Shown here piece after piece: positions 63,432 to 64,000 of a DNA stretch of 64,000 bases; the first letter of the stretch is position 1, and each line of letters starts with the position of its first letter. The position numbers were made by a program, and so were the translations under genes. Source of the stretch: Eledone cirrhosa (Eukaryota); NCBI GenBank assembly GCA_964016885.1, contig OZ024742.1, positions 126,480,001 to 126,544,000 on the forward strand, written 5' to 3'. The notes below the pieces were generated by a model. That model had not been told where the DNA came from. It saw nothing but the letters and a program-made list of their open reading frames with translations, and did not search any database.

Positions 63432-64000
63432 AGTAAATACCTCAAGATCTGACAATGTATTTCATTAGAAAAACGGATAGGATAGGGTTAACCCAATATA
63501 CACCTCAATCCATCATCCTCCACAAAAAACCCCAAACAATTTGGTGCCTTGTACTTTAGTCGGAAACCATATTTTACCAGTAAAAACAAAAATAAATTGA
63601 CAAGTGTTACAATACAACACATTTGATATTGTACGAAATTTCACACTACTTTAACACACAAATAAATAATACATGTCACATGAGTAAAAAAAGTGCGAGG
63701 TGTTCGTTCTTCCTGTGGGGTTACATATATATATATAGAGATACAAGAGAAATGCTTGAAATAAACACGCACACGAGAAAAAAGTGTGATTCTGAACTGG
63801 GGTGTACGCCTAAAGGAATGCAATTTAAATATAGAAGGGGACGGAAATAATTCTAAATTTTACATATCTTTTTTAACACCAAACATGTTTTTATATTGAA
63901 AGGGAGACATCACATTTATAAGGTGTCATGGTGTGGTAGAGAATAATAACAGAACTACTGGCTTAAATGAAGGCATATATGCGATATATTTATATACAAC

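Overview
This is an AT-rich eukaryotic intronic or intergenic window. I found no credible host protein-coding exon; almost all long ORFs in the track are translations of microsatellites. The repeat content suggests an octopod cephalopod genome, which is an inference from tRNA-headed SINEs with the 'GCCTTTCATCCTTACGGGGTCGATAAAATAAAGTACCAG' body, RTE LINE remnants with a C-terminal C2H2 finger, and huge TA/TACA tracts. The window holds more than 25 copies of one SINE family and about 5 copies of a second CORE/V-like SINE. It also holds decayed LINE fragments (RTE, RTE-X, CR1-like, L1/Tx1, Hero), a non-autonomous Helitron nested in a piggyBac-like MITE, hAT and Tc1/mariner MITEs, about 14 kb of TA-based satellite around a 200-N gap, and several minisatellites. 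The most notable unexplained structure is a recurring set of fold-back (palindromic) elements, mostly sitting in or next to (TA)n tracts. They carry intact or decayed minimal hammerhead-ribozyme motifs (CUGAnGA - stem II - GAAA - 4 nt - UH) and a one-sided tail, which points to Penelope-like or retrozyme-like RNA-mobilised units. The best example is a 466-bp palindrome at 14254-14719 with no mismatch seen and a hammerhead core on each strand. All calls were made by eye, without alignment or folding software.
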